DNA from: Mustelus asterias
Lineage: Eukaryota
Direction of reading: 5' to 3'
NCBI RefSeq assembly: GCF_964213995.1
Contig: NC_135812.1
Span: 76,942,001-77,006,000, forward strand
Length of the DNA stretch: 64,000 nt
The notes beneath the pieces were generated by a model that worked only from the letters and a program-made list of their open reading frames with translations, had not been told where the DNA came from and did no database searches. This document shows positions 1 to 13,211 of this stretch, one piece after another. Both the position numbers and the translations under genes were made by a program. Numbering within the stretch: position 1 is the first letter of the stretch; each line of letters opens with the position of its first letter.

Positions 1-214
1 TTGCAAGAAGTGGGACTGTAGGAGGGATTAAGGTAAATTGGGGGATAAATTGGGGATTTAGGGTAGATGAGAGGCTGTATGGGAAGAAAGGGGAAGGGAA
101 GTAGAAGGTATACTGTGTAGAGTAACAAAAGGGAGGAATACATCTGGGTGGAGTATCTCAATTAGTGTTCTGGGTGACCCTTGTGGTCACGTCTGGACTG
201 GGGTTAGGGATACA

Positions 215-800
215 GGGGTTGGTTTAGGCCTCTGGGAATTTCTATCTCCAATCTGGAGATCCATTCCATCTCCTTTTTCTTTGTTGTGTGGATCAGTTTG
301 TGTTGGTGTCTAGGCCAATGATCCTTAGGGAATCCATGCCGTGTTCAATTAAATATCTGTTTGTTGCTTTGTAATTCTTCCTTGTTTTGGTCTCGCTATG
401 GTGTCCTGGGAGTCTGGTTCTCAGTGTGTTGCTTGTCTCTGCTATATAAAGGATGTTGCATTGTTGGCATATTTAAGTTCTGCTGTTGACAAGTAATTCT
501 AACCTGTCAGAGGAAGTGTGTTCCTGCATCGAGCTTTCTGATTATTTTCAAGGGTTTTGGGTATTTGCAGGATGTGCAATTTCTGCTCCCACATTTTGAG
601 GTTGTCTGTCTTTTTAACTTATTTTGACTTGTACACTCCATAGGTTTTTGTGTCTTTTGCAGGTTGGGGCTATGTTATATTGGTTTAGCTGTGCTGACAG
701 TCATCTTGAGTTGTTCAGAGTTTCCTTTGACTACTTGATTTTGACCTTCCTTTTCCCATAGGCTGTGATGAGTAGAACCATTTGATTTCTGAGTCATTGA
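215..800 (-). mobile_element. Penelope-like retroelement remnant (Cys linker plus GIY-YIG endonuclease), frameshifted
   Basis: Manual minus-strand translation gives KCGSRNCTSCKYPK, then CQQCNILYIAETSNTLRTRLPGHHSE...RYLIEHGMDSLRIIGLD, then EMEWISRLEIEFPE. This fits the PLE GIY-YIG pattern CxxC..YIGET...L..R..EH ... RE..WI..L....P.GLN. Confidence 0.8.
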
Positions 801-810
801 TGGTAGGATT

Positions 811-841
811 GGGGTTAGAGTTAGGGGTTAAAGGTTAGGTT
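811..841 (+). repeat. Short degenerate TTAGGG-like tract
   Basis: ggggttagagttaggggttaaaggttaggtt, between the Penelope remnant and the satellite. Confidence 0.5.
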
Positions 842-1560
842 TATCTCAGTGAGCTAAGCATTTTTTATGATGTAGTACTCATTTTTAATGAATCTCTCTC
901 TACTTGTAGTTTATTTGCGAAAGATTTTCTGGCAAAATGTGCTCATCCAGTGAGTTATTTAAGCAATGTTTGTGATCGATGTGGTACTGTTTTTTGTGAA
1001 GCTTTAACAATTTTTGAGTATTTTGTGAAAAATATTTATTTTCTGAGTATTTTAGGCGTCTTTTGTGGTGTCATTCTATGTTTCAGGAAGTTCGAACACT
1101 TTTTGAGTTTATTGTGAAAATATTTGCAGTTTTGATATGAAGTGTTTACTCCAGTGGTTTAAGCAATGTGTGAGATGTACTGTTTATTCGAAAGAGGTTT
1201 TTTAACTTTTGTGTTTTTTGGGTCATTGAATTGGACTTTTCCTATGCTGCACTTCTATTTTTGTGAAGTTCTAAAAGTTTTTCAAACAGTCAGTATTTCT
1301 GATATGAAGTGCTTGTTTGAGGTCTATCATGTCTGGTGAGGTTTTTGAGTTTATTGAATCAAGTTTTAATTTTCAGACAACAATGTGTTAAGCAGGTTTT
1401 AATGATGTCTGCCTATTTGTTTTTATGTTCAACAATTTTGGAGATCTTTTACGATTTTCTTTTCAAAATATGTTCATCTCAGTGAGGTAATGTTCTATTG
1501 TGAAGAAATGTTGAGACTCTTGTGAAAATATTTGGTTCCCTGCAAAAATGTGCATATTCA

Positions 1561-1902
1561 GGGCGGCACGGTGGCATAGTGGTTAGCACTGCTGCCTCAC
1601 AGTGCCAGGGACCCTGGTTCAATTCTGGCCTTCGGTCAATGTTTGTGTGGAGTTTGCACATTCTACCCGTGTCTGCATGGGTTTCCTCCGGGTGCTCCGG
1701 TTTCCTCCGGGTGCTTCAGTTTCCTCCCACAGTCCAAAGATGTGTGGGATAGGTTGATTGGCCATGCTAAATTAACCCTCATGTCAGGGGGATTAGCAGA
1801 GGCTTCAGGAATAGGGCCTAGGTGTGATTGTGGTCGGTGCAGACTCGATGGGCCGAATGGCCTCCTTCTGCACTGTAGTGCACTGCACTATGATTCTATG
1901 AT
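1561..1902 (+). mobile_element. HE1-type V-SINE (tRNA-derived head, CR1/HER1-like tail)
   Basis: gggcggcacggtggcatagtggttagcactgctgcctcacag head with A/B boxes, V-domain tgtgtggagtttgcacattct...ctcccacagtccaaagatgtg, and tail ctatgattctatga. Confidence 0.92.
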
Positions 1903-2254
1903 CTCTGAGTTAAACAATATTTGTCCCAATATATCTAATGAAGTTCTAGCTAATTTTGAGTTTTTTTCTGCTTATCTCAGTGATTTAAGCATTTTTATGC
2001 AGTGAAGTTTTATGAAATTTGAGAAGTTTTGGAGCTGTTTTATGGAAAATATTGTTTTTCTGGGAAAAAATAATTATCTCTGTGATGTGAATGTTTTTAG
2101 TATTATTTCATATGAAGTATGAGTTGTTTTGAATTTCAATATAAATGGCTTATTTCAACATTTTAAAATGTTATTTCTAATGAGATTGTAATTATTCTTG
2201 AGCTTTTTGTGTTAGGTTTTGAGTTTCAGGCAATAAGTGTTTCTGTGATGTGAA

Positions 2255-5200
2255 AGAGACTTCAGGATGGTATGTTGCCTCCCTGGTACCAGGATCCAGG
2301 CTGTCTCTGAACGGGCCAGGGAGGATAGAAATAAGAGGATAGTACAGCTCAACACGTGGCTAAACAGCTAGTGTACGAGGGAGGGTCTCAGAAATCTGAA
2401 CCATTGGGATCTCTTCCAGGCCAGATGGGACCTGGGCAAGAAGGATGGATTGCATTTAAACTGGAGGGGCATAAATATTCTGGACAGGAGGTTTGCTAGT
2501 GTCACACAGAAGGATTTAAACTAGTTTGGCAGGGGGTGGGAACCAAAGCAAAGGTGAATTAACTGAATGGGAACTAGAGAGTAGGGCCCGTAAGACTCAG
2601 AGAAAGAGCAGGCAGGATGTGGATGCTAATCAAAGAGGGTCTGGTAGACTGAAGTGCATTTCTTTCAATGCGAGAAGTGTAACAGGTAAGGCAGATGAAC
2701 TTAGAGCTTGATTTAGTACTTGGATCAATGATGTTGTTGCCATTACAGAGACTTTGTTAAGGGAAGGACAGGATTGGCAGTTTAACATTCCAGGATACAT
2801 ATGTTTCAGGTGGGATAGAAAGGGATGTAAAGGGGTGGGGGAGTTGCACTACTGGTTAAGGAGAATATCACAGTTGTACTGCGGGAGGACACCTCGGAGA
2901 GCTCATACAGCGAGGCAATATGGGTAGAGCTCAGGAATAGGAAGGGTGTAGTCACAATGTTTACCATAGACCTCCCAACAGCCAGTGGGAGATAGAGTAA
3001 CAGATATACAGGCAGATTTTGGCAAGGTGTAAAAGTAACAGGGTTGTTGTGGTGGGAGATTTTAACTTCCACTTTATTGACTGGGACTCACTTAGTGCTA
3101 GGGGCATGGATGGGGCAGAGTTTGTAAGGAGCATCCAGGTGGGCTTCTTGAAACAATATGTACATAGTCCAACGAGGGAAGGGGATGTACTGGACCTGGT
3201 ATTGGGGAATGAGCCCAGTCAGGTGGACAATGTTTCAGTAGGAGAGCAGTTCGGGAACAGTGACCACAACTCAGTAAGCTTTAAGGTACTGATGAATAAA
3301 GATAAGTGTAGTCCTCAAGTGAAGGTGCTAAATTGGGGGAAGGCTAGTTACAACAATATTAGGCAGAAACTGAAGAATGTAGACTGGGGGCCGATGTTTG
3401 ACGGCAAATCAACATCTGGTATGTGGGAGGCTCTCAAGTCTAAGTTGATAGGAATTCAGAACCAGCATATTCCTGTAAGGATGAAGGATAAGTATGGCAA
3501 GTTTTGGGAACCTTGGATAATGAGAGATATTGTGAGCCTAGTCAAAGAGAAAAAGGAAGCATTTGTCAAGGCTGGGAGGCTGGGAACACTCGAAGCAAGT
3601 GTGGAATACAAGGAAAGTAGAAAGAAACTTAAGCAAGGAGCAAGTAGGGCTAAAAGGGGTCATGAAAAGTCATAGGCCAGTAGGATTAAGAATAATCCCA
3701 AGGCTTTTTATACATATATAAAGAGCAAGAGGGTAGCCAGGGAGAGGGTTGGCCCACTCAAGGACAGGGGAGGGAATCTATGCGCGGAACCAGAGGAAAT
3801 GGGCAAGGTATTAAATGAGTACTTTGCATCAGTATTCACCAAAGAGGTGGATGATGAATCTGGGAAAGGGTGTGTGGATCGTTTGAGTCATGTTGAGATC
3901 AAAAAGGAGGAGATATTGGGGTTCTTGAGAAACATTAAGGTAGACAAGTCCCCAGGGCCTGATGGGATATATCCCAGAATACTGAGGCAAGGGAGGAAAT
4001 TGCTGGGACCTTGAGAGAAATCTTTGTATCTTCACTGGCGACAGAGGAGGTCACAGAGGATTGGAGAATAGCCAGTGTTGTTCCTTTGTTTAAGAAGGGT
4101 AGCAATGATAATCCAGGTAATTACAGGCCAATAAGCCTTATGTCAGTGGGAGGGAAATTATTAGAGAGGATTCTTCCAGACAGGATTTAATCCCACTTGG
4201 AAGTAAGTGGACATATTAGCAAGAGGCAACATGGTTTTGTGAAGAGGAGGTCATGTCTCACTAACTTGATCAAGTTTTTCGAGGAAGTGATGAAGATGAT
4301 TGATGAGGGTAGGGCAGTGGATGTTGTCTACATGGACTTCAGTAGGACTTTGACAAGGTCTTTCATGGCAGACTTGTACAGAAGGTGAAGTCGCACGGGA
4401 TCAGAGGTGAGCTGGCAAGATGGATACAGAACTGGCTCGGTCATAGAAGACAGAGGGTAGCAGTGGAAGAGTGCATTTCTGAATGGAGGGCTGTGGCAAG
4501 TGGCGTTCCTCAGGGATCAGTGCTGGGACCGTTGCTGTTTGTAACATATATAAATGATTTGGAGGAAAATGTAACTGGTTTGATCTGTAAATTTGTGGAT
4601 GACACAAAGGTTGGTGGAATTGCGCATAGTGATGAGAACCATCTCAGAGGATACAGCAGGATATAGATTGGTTGGAGACTTGGGCAGAGGGATGGCAGCT
4701 GGAGTTTAATCTGGACAAATGTGAGGGAATGAATTTTGGAAGGTCTAATACAGATGGGAAATATACAGTAAATGGCAGAACCCTTAAGAGTATTGATAGG
4801 CAGAGGGATCTGGGTGTACAGGTGCACAGGTCACTGAAAGTGGCAATGAAGGTGGAGAAGGTAGTCAAGAAGGCATACGGCATGCTTTCCTTCATTGGCT
4901 GGGGTATTGAGTTTAAAAATTGGCAAGTCATGTTGCAACTTTATAGAACCTTAGTTAAGCTGCACTTGGAATCTAGTGTTCAATTCTGGTCGCCACACCA
5001 CCAGAAGGATGTGGAGGCTTTGGAGAGGGTACAGAAAAGATTTACCAGGATGTTGCCTGGTATGGAGGGCATTAGCTATGAGGAGAGGTTGGAGAAACTT
5101 GGTTTGTTCTCACTGGAACGACGGAGGTTGAGGGGCGACCTGATAGAAGTCTACAAGATTATGAGGGGCACGGACAGAGTGGATAGTCAGAAGCTTTTTC

Positions 5201-5513
5201 CCAGGGTGGAAGAATCAATTATTAGGGGGCACAGGTTTAAGGTGCGAGGGGCAAGGTTTAAAGGTGATGTACGAGGCAAGTTTTTTTACACAGAGGGTGG
5301 TGGGTGCTTGGAACTCACTGCCGGGGGAGGTAGTGGAAGCGGATACGTTAATGACTTTTAAGGGGCATCTTGACAAATACATGAATAGAATGGGAATAGA
5401 GGGATATGGTCCCCGGAAGGGTAAGTTGTTTTAGTTCCGCTGGGCAACATGGTCGGTGCAGGCTTGGAGGGCTGAAGGGCCTATTCTTGTGCTGTAATTT
5501 TCTTTGTTCCTTG
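2255..5513 (+). mobile_element. CR1-clade LINE (HER1-like): end of ORF1 esterase plus decayed ORF2 (APE endonuclease, RT) to the 3' tail
   Basis: ORF1 SGNH-like KDGLHLN; EN motifs VVVGDFNF and GNSDHN; DKSPGPDGIYPR; QHGFVKRRSCLTNL; SGVPQGSVLGP; KFVDDTK; WSPHHQKDVEALERVQKRFTR; tail ttctttgttccttgttct. Confidence 0.95.
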
Positions 5514-5824
5514 TTCTGTGAGTTGTTTTTTTGTGTGTATTAGCATGTTTTCAAGCGGTCCAACAAGTTGTTTTTTTGAGAAAAATATTGATTTTCTGAC
5601 AATTTTATTTACAATGTTGCACTGTTTATTATGTATAACCAATTTTTTAACTTTTGCAAAAAGGTTTGCATTTCTTCTAAAACATGTCCATCTCACTGAG
5701 TTAAGCAATTTTTTTTTTAATGTTCTACTATTTCCATTGAATCCTAATTATTTTTATGTTCTTTTGCGCCAGGCTTTGATTTCCAAGTGCAAAGTGCTTT
5801 ACTCAGTATGTTGAGCAGTTTTTG

Positions 5825-6045
5825 CTGGTGGGAATCTGGAACTCACTGCCTGAAAGGGTGGTGGAGACAGAGACCCTCATAGCATTTAAGAAGTGTTTAG
5901 ATGTACACTTGCAATGCTAAGGCATAAAAGGCTATGGGCCCCGCGCTGAAAATGGGATGAGAATAACTGGGTGGTTTGCCTTTGACTGGCGCAGACTCAA
6001 TAGGCCGAAGGGCTTTTTTCTGTGCTGTAGACCTCAATAACTATT
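5825..6045 (+). mobile_element. CR1 LINE 3' fragment
   Basis: tggtgggaatctggaactcactgcctgaaagggtggtggag...ggccgaagggc...tctgtgctgta matches the other CR1 3' ends in the window. Confidence 0.8.
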
Positions 6046-6402
6046 TTGTTTATGACGCTGATTTTCTGTTAACAAGTGTTTACCTCAGTGAATTAAGCAT
6101 GTTTTGTAAAGTGCTGCTACTTATATATAAAGAATATTTGAGACTTCTGTGAAAAGTTTTGATTTTCTGCTTATAAAGTGCTTACCTCACAGAGTTAAGA
6201 ATTATTTTTGGAGACATTGTGCTTTTGTAATGAATTTCTACCAATTGTAAAATCTTTTGTGTCGAGTTTTGATTTTCTGATAATTTTCTGCTTATCTTAG
6301 AGGGTTAAACATTTGATTTATGAAGCACTAATATTTTTTGATGAAAGTCTATCAATTTTTGAGGGATTTGTAAAGGAGTTTACTTTTCATGGCAAATTGT
6401 CC

Positions 6403-6613
6403 TGGGCTGGAATTATTCAGTTGTTCGTTAGTGGTGGATTCTCTGGTCCGACACGCAGCACACCCCCGCTGCGGGTTTCCCGGCGGCATGGGGTGCCTAC
6501 GATGGGAAATCCCATTGACAGTGGCGGGACCAGAAGATGCTGTCGCCAGCGAATGTTGCACCGCCTCTCGCTGCCGAGAAACCTGCTGATGGGAGGCTGG
6601 AGAATTCTGGCCC
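6403..6613. mobile_element. PIF/Harbinger-type MITE
   Basis: Terminal inverted repeats gggctggaatt...aattctggccc flank a GC-rich interior; it is inserted at a satellite core. Confidence 0.75.
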
Positions 6614-6999
6614 TTATCTCAATGTGTGAAGCATTTTTTCAGTGATGCACTATTCACTTTTATGAACCTCCAAAAGTATGTCACTATCTCGCGAAAAGTT
6701 TTGATCTTTTTGGCAACAAGTGTTAAGCAATGTTTGGTCATTTGCAACTTTTAACGATGTTCCACAAATAATTTTGAGTTTCTGACAAATGGGCTTATCT
6801 CAGTGAGTTGAACTTTATTTTTTGTAATGCATCAAAGTTAGAGTGTTCTGTGAACAGATTTGCTTTTATGGTAGTAGTGATTATTTCAGAATGGGGTTGG
6901 GGGGGGGGGGGTGCGCTGCCTGAGTAAGATGCTCTTTCGGAGAGTTGGTGCAGACTTGATGGGCCAAATGGCCTCCTGCATGGTAGGGATTCTATATAT

Positions 7000-8100
7000 C
7001 AATGTGCATGGGTTGTGGGGGACTGAGATGGTTTGGGCTCTTAAGGTGGCCAATGGATTGAGTGGTCAGTCATAGGGGAATTGGGTCAGTGGGGTGGTCA
7101 ATGTGGGTGGTCACTGGGAGCTGGTTAATTATATCTGTCAGCTGGTCAGTCAGGTGACAATGGTCAGTCTGAGAATTGGACAGTGGGTGGGAGGGGTGAC
7201 CAGTAGGGAGGGGTGGTGGTCAGTGGGGAGAGCAGTGTCAGATTTTCTATAGGGGTTGTGGTCAGTTGGGGGTTTTGGCTGGTCAGTGGAGGGAGTTGGG
7301 GCATGAGGTGGTCAGCCAGGGTGGTGGATGCCGTCACAGCAGTAGGGAGTGCATCAGAGAAGTGGGGAGCACAGTTGGATGGGTAGCGCAATGTAATCGG
7401 TGGGTGGGCTGGGCATTTGGATTGGGGAGTTGAGGTTGTAGGGGCGTAGTTGGGTGGGGGGGGGTGGGGGGGGGAGGTGAGGAGGGCAGTCTGGGGCTCC
7501 TGTTTGGATTGCAGGTCCTGTGGGCAGTCAGGTGGCAGTTGGGGGTTGGAGAGGACATCTGGGGGGTTGCTGTCAGTGTAGGCAGGGGTCCTGTGGGAGT
7601 TTGGATATTCGTAGAGTGTTTGGCATGTGGGGGTGTACTTGGGGAAGGCAGATGGGCATGTGGATACATGGTTGGGATGTAAGGAGCGTGGCTAGATGTT
7701 TGGGAACTGCAGTTGGTGGACTGAGAGAACAGTTGGGAGGTTGGAGGAGTGGTAGTCAGGTGACTGGGGGTGTAGTGGGGCTCTTGTTAGGATTGGGGTT
7801 CCATGGGCAGTCAGGGGCAGTAGGGGGTTGGGGAAAGCAATTGATGTTGGCCAATAGTCAGAGGTTCCTGTGGGGATTGGGGGTGCTCTGGATATTCATG
7901 GTTTGAGATGTACTGAAGGGGCAATCAGGGAGGTGTGGGGGTGTATTTGGGGTCCTGTTGGTGTCAGGCTGTCCCATGGGTAGGCGGGGGAAGTTGGGGG
8001 TGGGGAGGGCAATTAATGTTGAGGGTCAGTAGTGTTGAGGGTGTAGTCAGGTGTTCCTTTGGGGGAGTTGGGGTGTTTGGAGTGTGGGGATGTACTGGGA
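7000..8100 (+). repeat. G-rich low-complexity tract
   Basis: Recurring ggtcagt/gggg motifs with strong G skew and no credible ORF. Confidence 0.6.
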
Positions 8101-8114
8101 CTTTTAACAAATTT

Positions 8115-8468
8115 TGTCTTGACAAATACATGAATAGGATGGGAATAGAGGGATACGGTCCCCGGAAGGGTAGGGGGTTTTAGTTCAGTCGGGCAGCATG
8201 GTCGGTGCAGACTTGGAGGGCTGAAGGGCCTGTTCCTATGCTGTAATTTTCTTTGTTCTAAGATCCCCTCTCATTCTTCTGAATTCCAATGAGTATAGCC
8301 CCAGTCTACTCGGTCTCTCCTCATAAGCCAACCCTCTCAACTCAGGAATCAACCTGGTGAATCTCCTCTGCACCCCCTCCAGTGCCAGTATATCCTTTCT
8401 CAAGTAAGGAGACCAAAACTGTACACAGTACTCCAGGTGTGGCCTCACCAGCACCTTATACAGCTGCA
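8115..8468. mobile_element. Two abutting CR1 fragments: plus-strand 3' tail (8115-8258) and minus-strand RT C-terminal piece (8259-8468)
   Basis: The plus part is nearly identical to 5367-5510. The minus part encodes [39 protein letters not shown]. Confidence 0.88.
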
Positions 8469-9254
8469 AAGTTTTGGAGTCTTTTGTGAAAAGTTTTAAT
8501 TTCTGACAAAAAAACTGGTTAAGTCTGAGTTGAGAATTTTGTGTGATATACCACTGATGAAGGTTTAAGTATTGTTGAGTCCTTTGTGAGATGCTTTGAT
8601 TCTCCTGCAAGAAGTGCGGATCTCAGCAAGTACAGCATTTTTGTGATATACCAATGTTTGGTGTCGGTCCAACAAATCTTTTGAGTTTCTTTATGAAAAG
8701 CTTTCATTTCCTGGCAAAAGCTGCTTATCAATTGAGTTACAAATTATTTTGCTATTAATTTGAACTTGCAACATCTTTTTTGTCATTTGTGAACATTTTT
8801 GATCTTCTGGCAAAATGTGCTTTTCTCAGTGAGAAGTATTTTTTGTGCTCTATTACATGTTTCTGATGGTCTAACAATGTTTTGGGTCATTTGTGACATG
8901 TTTTATTTATATCCCAGTGAGTTGAATCATATTTTAGTGGTGTACTAGTTTCAATGAAGGTCCAACAAGTTTTGAGTCCTTTGTCAATTTCTGGCAATAA
9001 AAACTACTCATTGCGGTGCGCCAAGCATTTTTGTGACGGTGCAACAATTGTTGTGTTATTTGTGAAATGTTTTGATTTTCTGTTCTTCTTCAGTTCTTAT
9101 CTTAGTGGTTTAAGCATTTCTTTGTGACCTGCGCCTTTTTCTTGACAGGTCGAATAATTTTTGATTCACTTGTGAAAGTTTTTTTTGGCAAAATGTGTTC
9201 ATTAGTATTTTTTGTAATGTATTATTTTTCTAATGTTGGTCCAACAATTTCTAT

Positions 9255-9378
9255 TTTGATTTTTCCACCCTGCTCCCCACGGGGAATGTAGTGGGCGGGA
9301 CATGGACCATGCAAAGGTCCATTGAGCTCGGGCGGAATTTTCCAGTCTTGGGGCGAGCGTGGCCGGAAAATCCCACCC
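9255..9378. mobile_element. ~125-bp Harbinger-type MITE (same family as 39035 and 56737)
   Basis: Shared interior catgcaaaggtccattga..ggaattttccag..agcgtggccggaaaatcc; ends ccaccc. Confidence 0.7.
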
Positions 9379-11164
9379 AAAGAGTGCTTATCTCGGAGAT
9401 GCAATCATCTTTAGTGAAATGGTGCTGTTTGGATGGGGGAGCGGGGGGTGCAAAATTTGTCAAAATTACTCAAATTATTCAATTAATAATTTTTTTATTT
9501 TCTGGAAAAGTGAGTTAAGCATTTTTCTTTTTATCATGAAGTACCTTGACTATTTGGGTTTTTGTGAAAAGTTTGATTTTCTGGAAAAAAACGCTTCTCA
9601 TTTATTTAATCTCTTTGCGATAGACAAATGCCCTTTATAACAATCCAAACAATTTTTGAGTCTTTTATGAAACATTTTGATTTTCTGGCAAAACAGTGTT
9701 CATATCTATTTTATGATTTACGATTTTTTTAAATTGATGACCCAACAACTTTGAGGTGATTTATGAAAAATGTTAATTTTCTGGCAATGAGTGGCTGGGT
9801 GCTGATGTCAGTGCGTTACGCATTTTAATTTAACAAAGGTGAAATAATTTGGGAGTCATTTGCATTTAGTTCTAGTTTCTGGTGAAATTTGCTCATCTTC
9901 GTGACTTCAGCATTTTTTGTGATGTATTGCCTTTTTTTAGATAATGGCCCATCATTTTTGGAGTAATTTGTGAAATGTTTGGATTTCTTGGTAAAGAGTG
10001 CTTCTCAGTGAGTTTAACATTTATTGTGCTGTGCTGCTCTTTCGATAAAGATGCAACAATCTGAAGTCATTATTGAAAGTTTTAATTTTCAGGTGAAATG
10101 TGCTTACGTCAGTGGGATAAGGCACTCTGTGATGTACCAGCCAAAGTCCCACAGTTTCTGAGTCTTTTGTGAAAAATTTCATTTCTGGCGAAAACTGCTG
10201 CTCTCAGCGAGCTAAGCTTTATTTGTGATTTACGACTTTTTGTTGTGACGGTCGAATATTTTTTGATTCATTTGTGAAATGTTTTGTTTTCCCGGCCTGA
10301 ATCTTTTGCTTGGCTTGTGAGCACAATCGACGTGCCTGAAAGTGCATTTGACCTCCACTCCCGCCCGAGACATGCAGCCGGGAGCAATCACGCATTGACT
10401 GGCCGGCACAAGACTCGCTCTGCGAGGGGGCCAGTGCTGACGGGGTGGGAGGAGGGGCGGGCACCTGAATGTGATCAGTTGCAGGCAGGGGTCTAAAAGC
10501 AGGTGAAAGGTGCGGAAGTGAAGACCAATTCTGGGACGGAGTTGTGAAAGCTTTGAAGGCAAAACTTTTCATTGAAGAGTGAAAGACAGGAAGCGGTTGT
10601 CCAAGGAATAGGACAATGCCATCTGGAGTCAGAAGGCATGGAAACCCCCATGGCCAAGCAGCCCCTGGCCTCGCCAATGCCTGTCTGCTGGTACTCACCG
10701 ATGCTGTGAGCGATTGTTGGCAGATACTGTTGCTGCCTGAAGGCAGAAGGAGGCCTCCACATCTGACCAAGAAGGCTTGGACCGAGGTGGCAGCAGAGGT
10801 CATCAGCTGGAGGTTTTTCCTGAGGGGACTGGATGCAATGCCAGAAGAGGGTGAATGGCCTTTTCCACTCTGCAAGGTGAATGAATGGGCTTGCATTTGT
10901 TGGGATTTGAGGGTGCAAAGCTGCAAACCAGAGCTGACACATCTTCCTGTGCCCTTGAAGGAAGCCTGGGACTAAACAGGATGGCAAGCATGCCTAGAAG
11001 GGAGAAGCCCTGCAGTGTGCTGGACACTTAAACTGGCAATATTGGGGACAGGTAATGCTTTGACATACTGTGGGTTGTGGTGGTGAAGGGGGGGGGGGGG
11101 GGGCGATGGCAGGACACAATACAGCATGTCTTTCCTCAGAGGTAGAGGAATCACAATGCTCGAG

Positions 11165-11330
11165 TGGAAATCCTGGAACTCCCTCCCTAACAGCACTGTG
11201 GCTGTGCCTACACCCCAGAGACTGCAGCGTTTCAAGAAGGCAGCTCAGCACCACCGTCTCAAGGGCAATTAGGGATGGGCAATAAATGCTGGCCAGCCAC
11301 TGACACCCACATCCCATAAATGGATTTAAA
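11165..11330 (+). mobile_element. 3' end of a CR1/L2-group LINE
   Basis: tcctggaactccctccctaacagcactgtg...aagggcaattagggatgggcaataaatgctggcc; the same tail occurs at 31340-31495. Confidence 0.75.
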
Positions 11331-11475
11331 TGATCAAACTCATACTGGTGGGGGAATTGCCAAATGTTGTGTTGCTGACTTTTATGGAGAATTATATTTT
11401 GGAGCTTGCCTGCAAGTAATGAGTGAGACGAATTGTCATGGAGGGTATGAGGACTCTGAGTAGGGTAATTGGATG

Positions 11476-11802
11476 GGGCAGCACAGTGGTTCGCACTGCT
11501 GCCTCACTGCTGCCAGAGACCCAGGTTCAATTCCGGACTCAGGTACTGCCTGTGTGGAGTTTGCAACTTCTCCCTGTGTCTGCCTGGGTTTCCTCTGGGT
11601 GCTCGTTTCCTCCCACAGTCCAAAGGTGTGCAGGTTAGGTTGCTTGGCCATGCTAAATTGCCCCTTAGTGTCAGGAGGATTAGTAGGGTAAATACATGGG
11701 GTTACGGGGATAGGATAGGGCCTGGATGAGATTGTTTTCAGTGCAGGCTTGATGGGCCGAATGGTGACCTCCTGCACTGTAGGGATTCTATAATTCTATG
11801 AT
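11476..11802 (+). mobile_element. HE1-type V-SINE
   Basis: ggcagcacagtggttcgcactgctgcctcac head, V-domain and gattctataattctatga tail. Confidence 0.9.
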
Positions 11803-13211
11803 AAGACATGGATTAAGGTGGATATAGATTAGATTGGGGGAATGTATGGAAAATGGAAGGCAATGGGTGAAAGACTGACATTGTGAAATCTTTATTTTGT
11901 TCAATGCGCAATTTCTAAATCTGGCAGATTGCAACCACTCTTAACTTTAAATTGTTCATGGATATTGACACTTGTTTTACTCCATCAGAGGAAACTTCTT
12001 CAAGAGCATCTAATGGTCTGGAAGGCTCTCCAATAACATTGGAGGAAGAGGAACAATCAGATGCGCGAGTGTCACATCCTCACTGCATCTTGCATCACCT
12101 CAGATGCAGACACTGTGGGTTTTGAGCTCTCTAGCACAGCACACGCTGGGGAAGGAATGTCACATTCACTTGAGGAGCTGTCAGAGACAGAGTCCCAGTC
12201 CTCTGACAATCGGAGGAGTGTTGGAGACCAGGATGATGACGTATCCCAGTTAGAGGATGAGCATCTGGAGTCACCCATTAGGCGGCAAGTGCTGGATTTC
12301 CAGTCAAATGCACGTGGAGATCTGGCAGCGAATCCTGAGGCTTTGTGTGCGCCATGATCCAGGTAATGGAGGAGTCCATGCAGAGTCTGAGCACAGCGTT
12401 AACCCTAGCTCTGAATGCACAGCATCCTCCATAGAGGAACTCCATCAAGGGTTTCAGGGGTTATGTTCAGACCTGCAAGCCCCCCACACACTGGCAGTGA
12501 CCTCAACAGGGCACTGCCAATGTAAGAAATGGATGAAGTGTCTAGTGACTCTGCTAGCTGCCCGTCCGTCTATGATGAGCAAACCTCACCTTTAGCTGAT
12601 GACTTGCAGCTCCCGTGCATCTGGGTCTCCTCTCAGAGCAGCTCTGCCGTCCCTTGTCCAGTGATCCTCTTGTGTAGAGCATGATGACTGAGCAATGTTC
12701 TGCCATTATGTACAACGCTCTGCCCAATTGGGGGACCTCAAGGCCCCGGCAACTAAGAGCATGTCCGCCAAAGTCATCCAGGCCAAAGGGCCATCAGACT
12801 CAGCAGTCTGCCTCCAATGTGGCTGCAGTGATGGGGGAGCACGGAGATGTAGCACTAGTAAGTGCTTCAGGAATCACAGAAGCAGAGCAGAGCACACAAC
12901 CACTCTGAATGACACACGTTCCAGAAGATATTGAAGAGATCCTCCAGCAACAAAACCTCATCTTCAGGCAGCACATTGTCCTCTCAATTATTGCCCACAT
13001 AGGGGCACGGCTTCTGTCGTACCTTTCCTCTGTATGTGTTCTTTAATGCTGGTGGGTGTCATTAGCCACTTTTTCAGAGAATACCCTTTATCCCTCTACT
13101 GGCCAGCCATCCAGATGCAGAAGCTATTACTAAAGTATAAGAATCATGGCAACTGCCGTGATATCTTGTTCAAACCTGGAAGGATCTGCTGTTGATGGCC
13201 GTACACCAGAT

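Larger units (their letters stand above)
841..10290. repeat. Decayed ~100-bp T-rich tandem satellite, interrupted by many TE insertions
   Basis: Recurring unit ~tgcttatctcagtgagttaagcattttttgtgatgta...aacaatttttgagtc..ttgtgaaaagttttgattttctggcaaaa. Cores fall at about 845, 948, 1150, 1975, 5692, 6085, 6185, 6292, 6797, 9100, 10007, 10108 and 10203; adjacent uninterrupted cores are ~95-107 bp apart. Confidence 0.85.
10294..13210. mobile_element. Decayed PIF/Harbinger transposon: Myb/SANT ORF on + (~10640-10876) convergent with HARBI1-like DDE transposase C-terminus on - (~12895-13210)
   Basis: TIR-like start ggcctgaatcttt. Myb: LLLPEGRRRPPHLTKKAWTEVAAEV followed by donor aag|gtgaat. Transposase: GSCHDS, DKGYSLKKWLMTP, AIIERTMCCLKMRFCC, GGSLQY. 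Confidence 0.8.

Noticed and set aside
1561-1635. tRNA genes at the SINE heads
   Set aside because: The tRNA-derived heads continue into the V-domain and LINE tail, so they are SINEs and not functional tRNAs.
841-10290. CRISPR-like array (palindromic repeats at regular spacing)
   Set aside because: The sequences between the palindromes are homologous to each other rather than unique spacers, there are no cas genes, and the context is vertebrate, so this is a satellite.
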